A stretch of 64,000 bases of DNA, from the NCBI GenBank assembly GCA_023248495.1, contig JAHFEK010000005.1:6560-70559 (forward strand). Reading direction: 5' to 3'. Below the pieces are notes generated by a model, which worked only from the letters and a program-made list of their open reading frames with translations, was not told the origin of the DNA and did not search any database. This document shows, one piece after another, positions 61,816-64,000 of the stretch (the stretch's first letter is position 1; every line of letters begins with the position of its first letter). The position numbers and the translations under genes were made by a program. The DNA comes from Nitrospinales bacterium (GTDB lineage Bacteria; Nitrospinota_A; UBA7883; JACRGQ01).

Positions 61816-63144
61816 CCGATGAAATTTGATGTAGTGGTGCTTGGGGCAGGCCCCGCCGGCTTGGGCGCCGGATACCGGTTGGCGGAACAGACCCGCGCCT
61901 CGTGGATGATCTTCGAGGCGGCGGGACGGGTGGGCGGTCTATCGTCCAGCCGCGTGGACGCCAAGGGATTTACCTGGGATATTGGCGGGCATGTGATTTT
62001 CAGCAAAAGCCCGCTTTTCAACGGCGTGGTGGAGCGCGCGCTGGGCCCGGACGCGCTGACCCATACCCGCGAAAGTTACATCCGCACGGCGGGCCGATTT
62101 ATCCCCTTCCCGCTCCAAAATAACATCCACCGCCTTCCCCTCCGCGCCATGCGCGAGTGCCTGGACGGCCTCATCGCCGTTGAACAACGCGGCAATGCCC
62201 AACAGCCCGCGCATTTCGGGGAGTGGATTCCGTGGCGGCTCGGCGACGGCATTGCCCGGCATTTCATGATGCCGTACAACACAAAACTTTGGGCCTGCCC
62301 GTTGAATGAGATGGGATATTATTGGATTGACGGCCGCATTTCGGTTCCCGCTTCAGCCGAAATCGAACAAGCGGCAAAGGACAAAACCGGCAACCACACA
62401 TGGGGGCCGAACGCCACGTTCCGCTTCCCCCGGCGCGGCGGAACCGGCGCCCTCTTCAACAACATCGCGGCCGGCTTTGCGCCGCACATCAGGCTGCGCC
62501 ACGAAGCGGCGCGGGTGGACGCCAAAAGAAAAACCGTCACCTTTAAAAACGGCAACAAAGTCTCGTATGGCTCGCTCATCACCACCGCGCCCCTGGATCA
62601 CTTTGCGCAAAAGATGCTTGCCGCGCCGGGGCCGGATCTCCTGCGCGCCGCATCCGGCTTACAGCACAACAGCGGCCTCGTGGTCGGTATCGGCATCAAC
62701 CGATTAATAAAAAACAGCCGCTGCTGGGCCTACTTCCCCGATCCATCGGTTCCCTTTTACCGCGTCACCTATTTCTCCAACTACTCGCGGCTGAACGTGC
62801 CGCGCCCCGGCGCGCAGACCTCGTTCATGTGCGAAATATCGGCGGGCACCGCGCAAAAACGTAACGCATCCACCATCGTGAAGGAAACGGTGGACGGACT
62901 GGTGAAAAGCGGCCTCATGCGCCCCGACGACCGCCGCCGGATCGACAGCGGCTGGATGATGAAAGTGCCTTACCTTTACCCCATCCCGTCGCTGACGCGC
63001 GATGCGGCGCTCGCCCCTTTGGAAAAACATTTGCACGGACACGATATCCGCTCGGTGGGACGGTTCGGCGGCTGGCGGTACGAAACGGGAAATATGGATC
63101 ATAGCTTCCTGGCCGGCCACGAAGCGGCCAGCGCCTTTCTATAA
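61816..63144 (+). CDS. FAD-dependent nucleotide-sugar pyranose/furanose mutase-like flavoenzyme (UDP-galactopyranose mutase family)
   Basis: N-terminal VVVLGAGPAGLGAGYRL (FAD Rossmann). C-terminal VGRFGGWRYETGNMDHSFLAGHEAASA resembles the Glf C-terminus (GRLAEYKYYDMHQVISAAL). Start at the internal Met. Confidence 0.55.
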   Translation, partial: PMKFDVVVLGAGPAGLGAGYRLAEQTRASWMIFEAAGRVGGLSSSRVDAKGFTWDIGGHVIFSKSPLFNGVVERALGPDALTHTRESYIRTAGRFIPFPLQNNIHRLPLRAMRECLDGLIAVEQRGNAQQPAHFGEWIPWRLGDGIARHFMMPYNTKLWACPLNEMGYYWIDGRISVPASAEIEQAAKDKTGNHTWGPNATFRFPRRGGTGALFNNIAAGFAPHIRLRHEAARVDAKRKTVTFKNGNKVSYGSLITTAPLDHFAQKMLAAPGPDLLRAASGLQHNSGLVVGIGINRLIKNSRCWAYFPDPSVPFYRVTYFSNYSRLNVPRPGAQTSFMCEISAGTAQKRNASTIVKETVDGLVKSGLMRPDDRRRIDSGWMMKVPYLYPIPSLTRDAALAPLEKHLHGHDIRSVGRFGGWRYETGNMDHSFLAGHEAASAFL

Positions 63145-63379
63145 ACTTCATCTTCAGATTCATTAAATTCTTCCGATAATGATGTATAGATTTTATTTAT
63201 GGCATTGACACTTTTAAATACGGTTCGGAGGTGACGCCGATAGTCAGCTCTTTGATAAAAGATGGGTTTTTCTTCGGCATGCTAATTGCTTTTTGAGCTG
63301 GGCAGGTATAAATGTGTACCGTTTTTTCCTCCATGGCTAGTGGCGGACACTTGAAACAAAGATTGTAAGCGAGGTAATT

Positions 63380-63598
63380 ATGCGCTTTTTATTCCTCACA
63401 TCTCCCGTCACCTGCCCGTTTCCCGAACTGTTGAAGCAAGTGCAACGGCTTGCGACCGTGAAGATTCTGAACTTTAACGTTCAACCGGGCGTGGAAGGGG
63501 TTGGAATGTTGGAGGCCACTTCGGAGTTCGACGCGGAAAATTTCGCCCGGACATTCGGGCAAAAATCCGGCGCCGCCATCCGGCTGTTGCCGCTGTAA
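63380..63598 (+). CDS. small hypothetical protein (72 aa)
   Basis: ORF with a plausible RBS (AGGTAATTATG) between glycosylation genes. No homology recognisable. Confidence 0.25.
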   Translation: MRFLFLTSPVTCPFPELLKQVQRLATVKILNFNVQPGVEGVGMLEATSEFDAENFARTFGQKSGAAIRLLPL

Positions 63599-63633
63599 CC
63601 GCGCGGGCGGGCGCTGGAGTACAATAGGCGCCA

Positions 63634-64000
63634 ATGAAGAACCCGGGCATTTCTTTCTGCGTCATCACCGGCGGGCACAGGCCCGACATGATGGAAGCGC
63701 TGATACAAAGCATCGAGGCGCAGCAAATTCCCGCTTACGAAATCCTGGTCTGCGGCAAATACAGGAACGATCCGCGCGTGAACTACATGGAAACGATAAA
63801 TCTGGCCGAAACCGCCGCCGTGTGCAAAATGCGCAACCTCAACGCGGCCCGCGCCCGGTACGATACGATCATTATCCTTGATGACGATGTAACCTTCTCC
63901 CCCGATTGGTGGGAACATATGCGGCGCCACGACAGCTTCGACTTGGCGGGCTGCCGCGGCCTTGACCCGCTGGGCAACCGCTGGTGGGACTATCAAAAGA
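63634..64000 (+). CDS. family 2 glycosyltransferase, 5' partial (runs off window end)
   Basis: MKNPGISFCVITGGHRPDMMEALIQSIEAQ...ILDDDV (GT2 with DxD). Open to the window end, so it is absent from the closed-ORF track. Confidence 0.7.
   Translation, partial: MKNPGISFCVITGGHRPDMMEALIQSIEAQQIPAYEILVCGKYRNDPRVNYMETINLAETAAVCKMRNLNAARARYDTIIILDDDVTFSPDWWEHMRRHDSFDLAGCRGLDPLGNRWWDYQK

Overview
High-GC (~60-65%) bacterial chromosomal window. The gene content points to a Gram-negative with L/P-ring flagella and a Bacillus-type PyrR-regulated pyr operon. Heme-c and NIT/hemerythrin chemoreceptors, csrA-fliW and an orphan GspG pseudopilin are compatible with a Geobacter-like deltaproteobacterium. This taxonomic guess is inference only.

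Housekeeping genes make up most of the window: fabI, pcm, purM, gap-pgk, comEC, comM, tRNA-Ser/Arg/Leu/Val, the flagellar rod/ring/hook-associated cluster flgFGAHIJ-flgN-flgKL plus csrA-fliW, and the pyrimidine operon pyrR-pyrB-pyrC-carA-X-carB-(transglutaminase-like)-pyrK-pyrD.

The accessory, more interesting parts are:
- A ~2.6 kb AT-rich island at 4.2-6.8 kb carrying a decayed restriction-modification module. It holds a frameshifted HTH-C5-cytosine methyltransferase, an intact HNH nuclease and an N-terminally truncated MutH/Sau3AI-like PD-(D/E)XK endonuclease.
- A bacterial MfnB-like (DUF556) gene translationally overlapping fabI.
- An LtaS-like/DgkB-like diacylglycerol-recycling gene pair.
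- Two unusual chemoreceptors: a NIT-domain MCP translationally coupled to a stand-alone hemerythrin, and an MCP with a periplasmic CxxCH heme-c sensor.
- A seven-gene minus-strand glycan cluster divergent from flgF. It comprises a zinc-ribbon SAM methyltransferase, an SDR-epimerase::GT2 polyprenyl-phosphate-sugar synthase fusion, a split transketolase, an outer-membrane beta-barrel and two tandem DUF2029/GT87-like GT-C paralogs.
- A second glycosylation cluster at the right end with a UDP-galactopyranose-mutase-like flavoenzyme.
- An uncharacterised 222-aa gene translationally coupled between carA and carB.

No CRISPR array, integrase or transposase was seen.
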